IMG/VR virus record: IMGVR_UViG_3300046169_000120 | Span: 61,692 to 125,691 of that record | Length of the DNA stretch: 64,000 nt | Origin: a virus | Reading direction: 5' to 3' (one strand) | Part shown: in pieces, positions 32,221 to 44,241 of the stretch | Numbering within the stretch: position 1 is the stretch's first letter | Layout: the number at the start of each line of letters is the position of its first letter | Made by a program: the position numbers and the translations under genes | Notes under the pieces: generated by a model | Databases searched by the model: none | What the model saw: only the letters and a program-made list of their open reading frames with translations | What the model was told of the DNA's origin: nothing

Positions 32221-32320
32221 AATAAGTAGTATGACAGATTAAGTGTTTATGTCAACGATTTTTTTTAAGAAAATTAATTTTGTTATAAATGTTTGATTAT
32301 CAATGTTTTGTGCTATCATT

Positions 32321-32728
32321 TTAAATTTGTGCGAAATCAAATACAACAGGCTTGCCTCTTAACATTCCACAATTTTGTTTGTAAATATCAAGATCAACAC
32401 AACGCTCATCTCCTAGAATCGAATGAATTTTTTTATGCGATTGGTCAGAGAGTTTGGTATTTGCTCGCTCTTGTATGACTATTTGATTGTCGATATAATA
32501 TGGTTTAATGTAAAAATTTTGCAAATCACTTGGCAACTCCGCAAATTCATCGTTGAGGGAATCGGCAATTTTAATTACATAACCTAATTTATTTTTAGAG
32601 TAAACTGATTTGTAACTACCTTCACCGATTTTTAAAAACCCCCGAACGATAATTTGCTGAACGAATTTTTCGATGTGTTTATCGAGTTCCAAGTAAAGAC
32701 TTAACATCTTCGACTTGGTTGCGTTCAT
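32321..32728 (-). CDS. Minimal protein-kinase-like protein
   Basis: IGEGSYKSVY Gly-loop, VIKI lysine, DIYKQNCG catalytic loop, VVFDF. Confidence 0.6.
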   Translation of the reverse strand: MNATKSKMLSLYLELDKHIEKFVQQIIVRGFLKIGEGSYKSVYSKNKLGYVIKIADSLNDEFAELPSDLQNFYIKPYYIDNQIVIQERANTKLSDQSHKKIHSILGDERCVDLDIYKQNCGMLRGKPVVFDFAQI

Positions 32729-32995
32729 TGCTATGAGATTGCAATAAGAGTATCGTGGATCATATGACGAGTTTTATAATCGAGAATTCGACCCTCTTCG
32801 TCTTGTGGTAGATCAAGTAACATCTCTTGCATATCTTGACTAAGAACCTCACAAATGCAAGCAATTTTGCGATAGATTCCGATTTCTTTGTACTTTAGAA
32901 TTGCCCATATCGAATCAACTTGTGCATCATTAGCTTGAGCGATAAGATTGAGCAACTTTATATCTTGTGTTTGTATTTCCATAATTTTATTAAAT

Positions 32996-34087
32996 TTATT
33001 GTGCAACTCGATATTGTGATCGTGGAGTATCATCATCTCCAACAAAATCATAACCAAGATTTTCTACTATATCATAAATCTCACCACAACTCAAGTCATA
33101 TCCTTTCATGCGACTTTGAATTTGCTTGAGAGTTGGTTCTTCACCATTCTCATGCTTGTTCTCAATATAATTGCGAATTGCAATCGTTTCCATGTCAGAA
33201 TCTTCTTCTTCATGGCAATCGCAAGATTCGCAATCACCATAACATTCTTCACTCTCACACTCGCCATCATACTCATCTTCGGTAGTTGACCCATAAATAG
33301 GCTTGTTTGCCTCGTAAACAGGTTTGAAGAGTTCGGTACGAGTATCAGTAATATCTGCCACTACCTCGTACTTGCTCACACGCAACTTTTGAAAATCACA
33401 ATCAGTTGGAACACTAACTGCATCAGAAGGATCAAACTTGACAACAAGCAATCTGCCATCGGTACTCGCCCAATCATTTGCATAGTCGTAACTACCAACA
33501 TGAAGACCGAAAGAACAATGATTATTTTTGTTGTCATCAACGCATCTGCGAGCAACCTCGATAGTTGCACCAACTTCATTCAAAATTTGATGTCGTTCGT
33601 TCGTTTCGCCTTGCACAACAATCGTATCTGCATTGCCTGTTTGTGACCAATAATCACCTTGAACACCCTTGTAACCAAGTACCATGCCGTCTTCATCATT
33701 CGGCAATGCTCGATAACTCAAAAAGGTGTACAATTCGTTCACACTATTAGCACTTGGATTGGCTTGCAATCGAGTGATAAAATTCACAAGCGGAGCAGAG
33801 TCCTTCATGCCACTACGAAGCATCTCAATGAGCTTGTCAACTACAACTCCATGTAGTCTATGACCTTTGTAATAAACAACTTCATCCTTAACTTCAATGT
33901 CTCCTTGGATAAAATTTTCAACTGATTTTTTGATGTCAATTAAATCTCCAAGATCATCATATCTTGCATCAAGAATAGCTTTCTTGGCAAGAGTATAGTT
34001 TACATGATCTTTTCTTATTGAGTAAGGCTTACCTTCCCAAAAGATGGTGATTGAATTTTCGCTTAATATGTATGGTACTTTATTCAT
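32996..34087 (-). CDS. rIIB: rIIB-like protein
   Basis: NPS..SV.ELY.FL, LGYKGV, CSFGLHVG..DYA, VVSVP.D-like AVSVPTD...KLRVSKYEV; downstream of rIIA. Confidence 0.85.
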   Translation of the reverse strand: MNKVPYILSENSITIFWEGKPYSIRKDHVNYTLAKKAILDARYDDLGDLIDIKKSVENFIQGDIEVKDEVVYYKGHRLHGVVVDKLIEMLRSGMKDSAPLVNFITRLQANPSANSVNELYTFLSYRALPNDEDGMVLGYKGVQGDYWSQTGNADTIVVQGETNERHQILNEVGATIEVARRCVDDNKNNHCSFGLHVGSYDYANDWASTDGRLLVVKFDPSDAVSVPTDCDFQKLRVSKYEVVADITDTRTELFKPVYEANKPIYGSTTEDEYDGECESEECYGDCESCDCHEEEDSDMETIAIRNYIENKHENGEEPTLKQIQSRMKGYDLSCGEIYDIVENLGYDFVGDDDTPRSQYRVAQ

Positions 34088-34123
34088 TCTATATAATATA
34101 CTTGATTTTGTTTTGTTTGTCAA

Positions 34124-36406
34124 TTACTTTTTGTCACAAAGATTGATATAATTGATAATGTCATCGAAAATTTGTTTGTCTACATTGCTATATCTTACAC
34201 TATCTGCAACATGAGCGAGCATTGGATATGATGATTTAATTGCATCAATATCTTGCTTGAATTGCTTGGCAGAGAATCCATTGTCGAGATTAAATTCCAA
34301 CCATTCACTCTTGCCTTGATCTTTCAAAAAAGAAATGTATGCACAAGAAGTAGAGCAATAATCTTCGTTTACAATAATATTAAAATTTTCTTTCGATTGG
34401 CGAAACAAATGATTTTGTGGCAACTTGGACAAATCGAGTTGTTTGTTGTTGAACAATTTGCCAATGTCGTATCTTGCAACACTAATTGCGGAATTGAGTT
34501 CTGCATCTTGTCGAGCCACAACATAATTGTATGCTTTTTTGGCTTGAGCTTTGTTGTCAAGCAGATACTTTTTGTAAGCATCAGACATGAAATCAAAGAA
34601 AGAAATCCATGAACTTTTGTCTAGTTTGCTGACATCTCCACTACGAACACCGAACAATCGAAAAGATTTTTCTTGCGAATTATCTTGTGCAAGTTTGCGA
34701 ATTTTGTTTGCTCGACTGCATATACTTTTAAGATCATATTGTTCATCGTCAATCTTGTAACTTTTGATTGGAACATAAACAAACTTACCATCTATCAATC
34801 CAACTTGGTCATCGCTTTCTTGTAAGGATACAATGTCTTCTTTGACATTTGACCAATAGTCAATGTTTCGCCAATAAGAATTTGAGTCAAGTTTCATCTC
34901 AAACAATGCAATATTAGCACGACTACCTTGACCCTTGCGAACACCAATTTGTGGTTTTTCCTTGTCAACATCAGAAACAAACTTTTTGTGCTTGTCTGCG
35001 ATGCGACCAAAATGCCACTCGTTGTCAATAGTAGATTGACCCATATCAGTTTTTGCGTGAATAAAATACACACTCTCCAATTCTTCATCTTCATTGAACA
35101 ATGTTCTTGCACGAAGATTGTTTCCATGAGTAGATTCAATGTCTTGAATCAAGAAGATAGTGTTTGGTCTGCAACACGCACGATTTGTTTTGCTACTACG
35201 CACACGAAATCCATTGCGAGCATCACTATCAGATACTTTTTCAGTATGAGTGATAAGTAGGTCATCTACCATGCCATACGGACGATCAAATGCAAAAGAA
35301 TTGATGCGAAGACCTTTCCAAGCGAATGAATTCTCAAATGCTCTGCGAAGAGTATCGGGTAATGAATTTACAATTCGTGCGTAATTCGCTTTTGCTTCAA
35401 ACAAATCTTCTGAATCTGCCAACTTTTCTTGTGCGAGTTGCTGAATTTCTTTGACCACTTCGATCATCAGCTTCACAACAAATTTTTGTGTTGGTTTGTT
35501 GTACTCTAATGCCTCACGACTATGATGCAATTTCACACAACCAAGAGGAACACGCAAATAAAAGTTAGGTTCTTCCAAAAGATTTTCGATAACCTTTATC
35601 TGACTTTCATCGGTCACATAATTCTTAACATCAATAGCATTTGAGTCAAGCGGATACGCAACTCTACCCATGATAACATGAGACTTACCATTGTGACGAT
35701 AATAATATGATGAATTTTCGCTTTCAATAAAGAACCAATCATCTTTCTTGCTTTCAAGAAGAATCTTATCTCGCTTGATAAATTTATCATCTGCACCAAG
35801 AAACTTGGGCATATCCTTGTCGGGGAAATGCTTGAAAAATTTCTTGCAACTATCTCGAAAGTTGTCAATGTCTTGTTCGCTAATTGCAACTTGAATTTCT
35901 AAGCCTGTTGGCTCATCGCTTGATTCGCTATGCAACTTGGAAATCTTGGTATCATCATGCTCGTTGACATAGATGTTATAGGAACTTTTTGTTCCACCAT
36001 TGTAAGAAACACAAGTAAAGTTGTCACCATAACTTAATGGAGCAAATTTACCAATACCGAATGCACCGATATAGTTATTGGAGTTGCGTTTGGTACTCTT
36101 GCCATACTTGGAATACAAGCCAAATACATCCTCTTGTGATAGTCCACCTCCAAAGTCACGAACACAAAAGTTCGGGTTCATCTTGCTTGGCAAGGTGATC
36201 TCGACTGACCTCTTGGAATTGGCTTCCAAATTGGCATCAAGAGCGTTGGCACTAATCTCACGAATAACTGCGAGTTGAGTGTTGGAATAATTGTTACGAA
36301 GCAAACTTGCGACATAACGCATATCTTCCGCATCAATCGTGCAATCTACTGAATCAAAGTCGTGTGAAGCGACTACTTTTTTACTTTTGTTTTCTGCAAT
36401 AATCAT
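34124..36406 (-). CDS. rIIA: rIIA-like protein (GHKL ATPase N-terminus)
   Basis: AVIREISANALDA, VRDFGGGL, YG.STKR.SN..IGAFGIG, SREALEY. Confidence 0.88.
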   Translation of the reverse strand: MIIAENKSKKVVASHDFDSVDCTIDAEDMRYVASLLRNNYSNTQLAVIREISANALDANLEANSKRSVEITLPSKMNPNFCVRDFGGGLSQEDVFGLYSKYGKSTKRNSNNYIGAFGIGKFAPLSYGDNFTCVSYNGGTKSSYNIYVNEHDDTKISKLHSESSDEPTGLEIQVAISEQDIDNFRDSCKKFFKHFPDKDMPKFLGADDKFIKRDKILLESKKDDWFFIESENSSYYYRHNGKSHVIMGRVAYPLDSNAIDVKNYVTDESQIKVIENLLEEPNFYLRVPLGCVKLHHSREALEYNKPTQKFVVKLMIEVVKEIQQLAQEKLADSEDLFEAKANYARIVNSLPDTLRRAFENSFAWKGLRINSFAFDRPYGMVDDLLITHTEKVSDSDARNGFRVRSSKTNRACCRPNTIFLIQDIESTHGNNLRARTLFNEDEELESVYFIHAKTDMGQSTIDNEWHFGRIADKHKKFVSDVDKEKPQIGVRKGQGSRANIALFEMKLDSNSYWRNIDYWSNVKEDIVSLQESDDQVGLIDGKFVYVPIKSYKIDDEQYDLKSICSRANKIRKLAQDNSQEKSFRLFGVRSGDVSKLDKSSWISFFDFMSDAYKKYLLDNKAQAKKAYNYVVARQDAELNSAISVARYDIGKLFNNKQLDLSKLPQNHLFRQSKENFNIIVNEDYCSTSCAYISFLKDQGKSEWLEFNLDNGFSAKQFKQDIDAIKSSYPMLAHVADSVRYSNVDKQIFDDIINYINLCDKK

Positions 36407-38134
36407 AATTTTTTAGGTTTGTGTTTTTTAAGTAAGAATATAGTATCTCATATATTCGGATTTGTGTCAAGTGTTTTTTTTAAATTGGGCAATTTTCTTT
36501 GAGTTGCTCGCACAATCGCTGAAGTTTGTGAAGACAAGTGAGTTCGTAGATCATCATTGATTCCTCTTCTTGAGTGGTAATCGAGAAATTGTTAATGTCT
36601 GAAATTTTTTGTTCGATTAAGTCTATCAATTCGTTCATCGTGAACCCCCATTTATGTTGTCAAGCTCATTTTGTTTTGCTTGTTGTTTATAGCTGAATTT
36701 AATTTCTTGTTCAATTAGTTGATTGATTCGACTTACATCTTCAATATTAAAGTCAAAGTGTGCTTCTAATACTTGTGCAATTTCTTCGGTGCAATCATTT
36801 AATGCTTGATTGTGAGATTTATTGTTTCTTGGTTCTATACTCATAATTCTGTTGATTTAATGGGTTCGCAAATATGTGCGTTGAATACATTTGTTTGTTT
36901 AACTAATTGTTTATACTTTTTCTTGGCATCTTTCAACTCTACAAATGATTCCCAATGATGAGAAAGAATGTGCATTTGTGTGAGTCGTGTACTCCATGCT
37001 ACTATATAAAATTTCATGTGTTATTGTAATCTTCCACCGCCATCAATAACATTACGCAAGCAACTAGATTGTCCCTTGCGAGAAGAAACTGCTTTCGCTT
37101 TATCAAAAGCATCTGAACTTGCGTACTGCACTAAAATTGGTGTGCTTTTATCTAAATAAACCATCATTCCCTTGCGAGGTTGCGAGGCTAACTTCTTTTC
37201 GTGCTTCACAATCGAAGCGTTCATGTCTGCAATAAAATCAATCATGTCAATATACTAGATTAGTTGTTGGTTGTTGTCAAGCTTTTTTCTGCAAGTTCAT
37301 CTTCTAGATCGTAAATGCCTCTAGGATAATACTTTAGGTTGCATTGTTCTGCAAATTGTTTTGCCAAAGATACAAAACTATCTGACCTATCAAAAGATTC
37401 GTATATATCTGAGTCTTCATACCAAGACTCATAAGTTGAAATCATCAACTCAAAAGTTCCATCGAATCGCAAATCTTTTTCCATCCATTTAGGAGTATCG
37501 TTTCCACCTTTTTCATAAAGATGAACTTGACCCACATGGTCGGGATAAAACTTCATGTGTTTTTTAACAGGTGAATTCATTATCCACCTCTCAAAAATTT
37601 TACAAAGTTCCCGATTCGACTCTTCTGTTTGCTTTGTTCTTCTAAAAAATACTGAATGTGCTTCTCCGCTCATTCAAACAATTATGACAGAGAATCAATC
37701 AATGTCAATACTTTTTTTTAAAATAGTTGTAACTCGTTGAGCTACTGCGATTTACATATCACCCAATGCGACTAAACAAAAATTCTAACACTTCTGCCTT
37801 GTTGGGTAAATCCGATTGTTCTATTAATTGAATTAATAATTTTGTTTGATTAGCGACTCCACGATTGTATCCTCGACTATAATATACTTCTTCTGTTGAA
37901 GTGTCATCCATATATTATATTATTTAATATTTCACTTTCGTCAATCCAACGATTTGACCAAGGACACATTTTCTCTATTTTGAGTATTTCGATATTCCAA
38001 TGTCGATGTTCAATCATCTCAATTTGAAACTCAAGTGCTTGTTCGGCACTTTCTGCCATATAATAATGTTTATTTAATTGTACGCAATTCCTTCTTCGAT
38101 AAGTTATTCGATACTCAAATTGTCTCTCCATGCT

Positions 38135-38593
38135 TTATTTTAATCTTTTTGATCGATCTTTATAGTCTTGTAGTAAAAATGATTCGCCATTGATTGATTG
38201 TTTGTTTATTTTGTCTTTATTTTCTCGTATTTCTTTTGGAGTATATCCCCAAAATGTAATGTCCCACAAGACCAATCCCGCAAGTCTACTATCACTAACT
38301 TTTTTGGGTGCATCTATTTCACAATCAATTAAGTCTTTCCATTCTACAAAATCTAAAACTGCACAATCATCTTCATTGCAAATATGTATACAATAAGAAT
38401 CAGCAATATCTTCTATTTTTATTATGTTTTTACCTTCTTTTTTTTGTAAAGAAATTAGTTGATCATATGATCTTTGTAAATTAACAGAAAATAGTTGAAT
38501 TTTATTCTTGGAATAGTCTTGAAGATATTCTTTGAATATTGCGTTGAAAATGTTTTTGTATGATGTTTTGGTAAGAAGTTTTCGTAAGGTCAT
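38135..38593 (-). CDS. Hypothetical protein
   Basis: LW.ITFWG motif; GTGTA-N9-ATG upstream. Confidence 0.55.
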   Translation of the reverse strand: MTLRKLLTKTSYKNIFNAIFKEYLQDYSKNKIQLFSVNLQRSYDQLISLQKKEGKNIIKIEDIADSYCIHICNEDDCAVLDFVEWKDLIDCEIDAPKKVSDSRLAGLVLWDITFWGYTPKEIRENKDKINKQSINGESFLLQDYKDRSKRLK

Positions 38594-40155
38594 ACATATA
38601 TATACACCTTATTTAACTATGGTAATCGCTCGTCACTCCAATAAATATTATCAAATAACACAAGGTCAATACTGCTTGGATACTCGACTTCCACTCCAAC
38701 AGGCTCATGTTCTTGCACAACTTCATCGTTATGTTTGTAAAAAAATTCTTCATGCTCACTTGCACAAACTACATCTACTATATTGTATTCTTTATTTGTC
38801 ATCATTTCTGTCCCAATTTAAATATTTAAATAACCAAGTTGCGAAATCTTTCAAATCATAAATGTATCTACTTGAGTTATCTTGCTTCAACCAAAATGCA
38901 CTTTGTTCGATCAATGTTTCATGTCGATTGCTAATTGTTTCGAGTTGTTCAATGCTCATTTCATCTCCTATATTTTCATACATAAGATTGATAGCATTCA
39001 TTGTGTTTTTTATTTGCTCTTCTTCGTTATACATTTTGTGAAAATAGTTTTTCAATATAAGAATCTAATCCTTCCATTATCTTATTTGCGAGATTTTCTC
39101 TTGCACTTTCGCTTGCAATATTTATTTGAGAGTCTTTTACCTCATCAAGTATTTGTAGTATTATTTCTTTCATGTTCATTAGTATCTCATATATTTGAGA
39201 ATTTGTCAAGAACAATTTTATCAGTTTGTTGTAAAGTCATCATAATCAGCACATTCGGGATCAAAAATTGGAAACAGATAACTAAGTTGATTGCCGTCTG
39301 AATCCTCTTGCATGATCGCTTCATACCTTATTTGACCCGCCACTTCATGCCATAAACCTGCGACCATTGTATTTGCTTTGAATATGGGATGGAATGTTAC
39401 ATCCATGTGATATGCTACAAATTTTTTACTTCTCTCTCCAATGTCCATTGTCACTATCTTTTGTACACAATGCCAATGATTCTAGGTCATAATTTGCTTG
39501 AGTAAATGACCCAAAAAAACAACGCTTGTCCATTTGATCCCACATTTTTTGTAGCATTTCATTGCGTTTATTTGGTGGGAATTTGTTTCCAATTTGTTCG
39601 ACAATCGGTTGCCAAAATGTATAACTTGTTCGCTTTCTTATTTGCTTCTCAGAATGAAAAACTTTAACACCTTTATTTGCAAAAAAATCATTTACATTTA
39701 AACATTTAAATTTTAACAATCGTTCGTTTTGTGTCATTTTATTGTGCCTTGTTCGATTAAACTTGCAAATGTATTGAATAGTCGATCATGTCGAATGTGG
39801 CTTTGTTCAATCATGCCAATAATTGAGTTCATTATTTCATCCTCTGTAGCAGGTTCGGGGCGATCTCCAACAAGATACAAAAGGTTCTCAAGGTCATCTA
39901 TTATTTGAGATGAACCCATAATGCGATCTTCAAGTTCAAAACGATCAAGAGGTTTATCGCTCAATTTTTTGAATGTATTTGGATATTTGTCTATTGCTTT
40001 TTCTGCAATTTCTTTTAGCGATTGCTTAACAGAGTCTTCGTAGGTTGGGTAATCGTCTCCTGTTATTTCGGGCATCCGCTTTTGTCGCTCATGCAACTCT
40101 CTTTTCGGATCACTATAAACAATGTTTCCATCTTCATCTTCGTATACAATACTAC

Positions 40156-40428
40156 TCATTTTTCGTATGGTTTTACATCACCATTTTGATCAAGTTTTTG
40201 ATCTTCATATTTGGAAACAAGTCGTCTGTAAATTTCCATTTTTGCACAATCTAAAACACCAACTATGTCATTGTATGTTTGGTAGCTTTCATTATTTGAG
40301 TCTATATACTTTGCAATTAGCTGATGAATTGCATAGTTTAAGTCTCCCGCACATTCAAATTCTGAGAGTTGTAGTGCAACCAAGCCCTTGTCTACCTTTT
40401 CCTTACTTTCTTTCGAGATGTATGGCAT
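40156..40428 (-). CDS. Conserved hypothetical phage protein
   Basis: MPYI...GDLNY...YNDIVGVLDCAK.E.YRR....YED.K...NGDV pattern. Confidence 0.6.
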   Translation of the reverse strand: MPYISKESKEKVDKGLVALQLSEFECAGDLNYAIHQLIAKYIDSNNESYQTYNDIVGVLDCAKMEIYRRLVSKYEDQKLDQNGDVKPYEK

Positions 40429-41004
40429 ATTATTGTTCTTCTTCGATGAAGCGATTGAGAGTATCCAATCGACTATATGCACTATCCAACAATTCAAGTG
40501 CTTCTTCTGCGTTATTGTAAAAATCTTTTGTAGAGTGGTCACCAATACCAACTGCTTTTTGACCCAAAAGATCGAGCGTTAATTTTGCTTTAGCAACATC
40601 CGCTTCAGCAGATGTTCTCAACATATCTTGTAATTTATTCATTGCCTGTAATTATATACCATATTTGTAAACAAGTCAAGAGCGAAAGCACTCCGACTGC
40701 CATAAATATTTCTTTAATTAAATTAATTTTTTGTTTCATTCTAAATCTTTTATTAATTGCTCTAAATGCTCTATTGTTATTGGGTCTGAATCGTCATAGT
40801 CTTCGCAAGGTTTAGCGAATTTTATTTGATCGTATATCAATATATTTTCTTTGCTTTTATTTGCGTCTGAAAGCATTAGGTTTAATGTTTCAATAAGGTC
40901 TTCGGGGCTTTCTCCTGTTATTTCAGCCTCTTCGCCATGAGCAAAGATTTCACTATCGTCATTGTACATAACCTCGTACAAACCATACGAATTTTTGCGT
41001 TTGA

Positions 41005-41421
41005 TTATTCGATAGTTCCACATTGTATTCTTTTTCTTAATTCGGTACTTGAGAAATTGTGCGATCTTTCATTATAGTATATTTCAATTCCCTTGTCAAT
41101 GCAAATTTGTTTGCCCGAAAAATCGACATCTCGATAGTCTGCACCAATAATACGAATATCAATAGGGTAACCCAAAAGGATGTCGTGCAAATCTTTTTCA
41201 AGATTATAAGGAATCACCTCGTCAACATATTTGACAGAAGATAATTGGATATATCGTTCGACTATGCTTTGAATTGGTTTATTTTTATTTGGTCGTTCAA
41301 CTTGCGGATCAACATGGAGACCACAAATTAAATAATCGCACATAGATTTTGCTTCTTTTAACATTAAAACATGACCTGCGTGAAGAAGATCGAAGGTACT
41401 AAATGTAATTCCTGTTTTCAT
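41005..41421 (-). CDS. Glycerol-3-phosphate cytidylyltransferase-like nucleotidyltransferase
   Basis: FDLLHAGH (HxGH), YVDEVIPY, RSHNFSSTELRKRI. Confidence 0.88.
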   Translation of the reverse strand: MKTGITFSTFDLLHAGHVLMLKEAKSMCDYLICGLHVDPQVERPNKNKPIQSIVERYIQLSSVKYVDEVIPYNLEKDLHDILLGYPIDIRIIGADYRDVDFSGKQICIDKGIEIYYNERSHNFSSTELRKRIQCGTIE

Positions 41422-43587
41422 TTATTTGTAAATACTTTCTTTTCCTGTTTTTTTAATTGCTTTTTTTGCATACAATATAAATTGTGCTTCGGCAGTTGGT
41501 TTACTTACCTTTGAGTCTTGAGCATATGTATTATATAGTAATTCTTTAAACTTGTGTGGTATGATGAGATTTAAACCCGCACATTTGCGAAGAATAAGCA
41601 TAGCATGACAATAAACTTCGTGACTTATATGACCCATTTTTTTATGACCTAAAACCATTTGAATGTACTTCTCTGCAAACGCATCACGATGAGCAGTTGG
41701 TGCTGAATCGATTGCCTTATTTATGTGTTGCTTGTGTGATTTTTCACTTTTTTTCTTGGGCTTCTTGAGGTAATTTAATTTTCCACCTTTTACATCAAAA
41801 TATAATTTGTCAGTATTTATGAAATTAGGCAAAATATTTTCAAACAACTCAAACCCTACGAAAACTTTCGATTTATTTTCATCCAAGACATAGTGGTATT
41901 TGCAAGGTTTGCCTTTGAAATAACTAATAGCAGTCAAACTATACTCGTAATATCTACCATTTGGTAGATGTTCATATTTGTGACGAGCAATATCTCTAGA
42001 AAAAAATTGTAGTGGTTTTTTGTCTTTTCTTTTTAAACCTTTTTTGTGCAATAAAGAACTGCGATCACAAAAGTACCAACTACCATATTTATCACCATTA
42101 AATTTTTGAGTTTTTGTTTTGTAGATTTTCATTTTCTGTTGTTATTCCAAAGATTGTATATGCTTATACCGAAACACACTACAATGACAATAGATGCGAT
42201 AACTGCATCCAATCTTAAATTAAGATGTAGCATTTGTTCAAGCATGATATGAGCCAAATAATTGTTTTCTTACATCTTGTAAAACTTCTAAAACTTGTGC
42301 TTCCTCTATATAATCATACTCTTTTAAGGTTTCTTTTTGTTTTACAATTATTTTGTCGAGTTTGATTTGCAGATCATTTTCTGCATCAGAGAAACCCGCG
42401 TCTTGTTCGTCCATAATTATTTTGTTTTTGTGTTCCATGCAATCTTTGAAGCTGCCATTATATATTATTTCGCCATCGTTGTCAAGCAATTTGTATGTGC
42501 TTGGTTTAGTTGAGTGATCCCATTTTCCTTTCATTAGGAAATAATCATCTCATATTTAACTTCAATATCTTTTAATTGCATTGACGATTGACATTGCACC
42601 TTCTGTATTTTTGGTCATAATTGCTTCTCCTGTTGTAAGTAATATTTTCCAGAATTTTTCGCGTTGTTTTACATATACTACATTCACGGGATTGATGTAG
42701 AATTTTTCGTTATTTGCGTCTTCTATTGTTATCATTTGAATATATCTTCTCCTTTGTACATATTGTCTTGAAATTGTTGTATCTTGCGATCTCTTGCTAG
42801 TCGTTCCATTTTTTCTGATTCGTGTGAATTATAATGCCCTTGTAGTAAGTCCGCTTGCTCTTCATCTGTGAACCATTGATATTCAATATTGAATATTTGA
42901 TCAACATTGCTTGGATGAAAACCTGCACTAACAAGCAAGCCCTTGAACTGCTCTGCTAATTCGTTGACATTTGAACCATCAAATTGTTCATCAGATTCTA
43001 CGCTATATGTTTTGTCATGTAATGTAAGTGATAGTTTCATGAGTACATTTTAGCGTTTATTTTTTGATTTGTCAAGCTTTTTTATGGCTTGCTTCCACTT
43101 TATTTTAGAGTAGTTGTCACGAAATTGATTTGAGTTGTTGTTTCTCGGCGAATCTCCTTTGCCGTTTTGATTGTTTGATTTATTTTTACTCATACCATAA
43201 ACAATAAAACTATAATCCCAACAACAACAAGCAACTCAATAATACTATTCCAACGATTAAACATAAATTTAAGAAAATTTTCATGATTCAAATATATTAA
43301 CACAAATAACTTATTTGGTCAAGACAAAAAATCAAGATTTTATAAATTGTTTGTATTCTTCTAATATAGATTCATGTCCATTGTTTTGTAGATATTCTTC
43401 TATAGACATTGGTTTGTTTATTTCTTGATGATATTCGTGAAGTTCGCGTTCGTATTGATCCAATGCGGATTGGTAATTTAGCTCGTCATCTATACAGAAT
43501 TCATCTCTGATGTAATCGAATGTTGGTTTTTTAATTGTTTTCATATTTATAGTATGTTGTAACTAGTTCCCTGTTGTTCCAAGGATT

Positions 43588-44202
43588 TTATCGCTTCACC
43601 AATTCCTTGAAATCCCATCCAAATCGAGTCATTTGAGAGTGCAATGTGCCCGCAGTCCACACATTTCCTCTTCGTGTTCTTGAGCCTTCACCATTCAACC
43701 ATTTGCAAACATTACGGATTGTTGGATTCTTGAGGTTTCTTCCCGCATTCTGTATCTCCTTCTTCAATCCAACGCTTGCAGCCCATTCTTCAGAATGTCG
43801 TCGCCTCTCTTTTAGGCTTTTGATTGCGCATTTTTGCGGGTTTATTCCTCCCCTTCCAAAACTCCATCTTTTCATGTTTTTAATATCTTCTTCTTTTAAG
43901 AGGGAGAATTTTTTAAAACAATTATTAAAAGTTAATTCTATTTTTTTTGAATCCCCAAAAACCCATTCTCCTTGACAGCGTTTTATATTTGAGGAGTCCA
44001 ATTCTCTCAAAATGTATTGCTCTAGTTTTTCTGCAAGATGTTTGGTTTGTAGTTTGTGAGTCTTAATTATAACTAATTTATGCGGATTTCCTATTTGTAA
44101 ATGTCTCAATCTTTCTCTTTGATTTTTACTGCTCGATACTCCTATCTTATAGTAACTTTTTTTTCTTGAATTAAGCTGCTTAATTAAATAACAAATAGCC
44201 AT
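43588..44202 (-). CDS. GIY-YIG (T5orf172/MUG113-like) protein with C-terminal recombinase-type DNA-binding motif
   Basis: CYLI...YYKIGVS...RLRHLQIGNP...LE...GEW; C-terminal LNGEGSRTRRGNVW. Confidence 0.7.
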   Translation of the reverse strand: MAICYLIKQLNSRKKSYYKIGVSSSKNQRERLRHLQIGNPHKLVIIKTHKLQTKHLAEKLEQYILRELDSSNIKRCQGEWVFGDSKKIELTFNNCFKKFSLLKEEDIKNMKRWSFGRGGINPQKCAIKSLKERRRHSEEWAASVGLKKEIQNAGRNLKNPTIRNVCKWLNGEGSRTRRGNVWTAGTLHSQMTRFGWDFKELVKR

Positions 44203-44241
44203 AAAAAGTGTAATATATTGCAGTGGATAATATCAAAAAAA

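Noticed and set aside
26734-36278. Numerous plus-strand ORFs opposite ligase, rIIA/rIIB and the glycosylase
   Set aside because: Shadow ORFs with atypical composition that fully overlap well-supported minus-strand genes.
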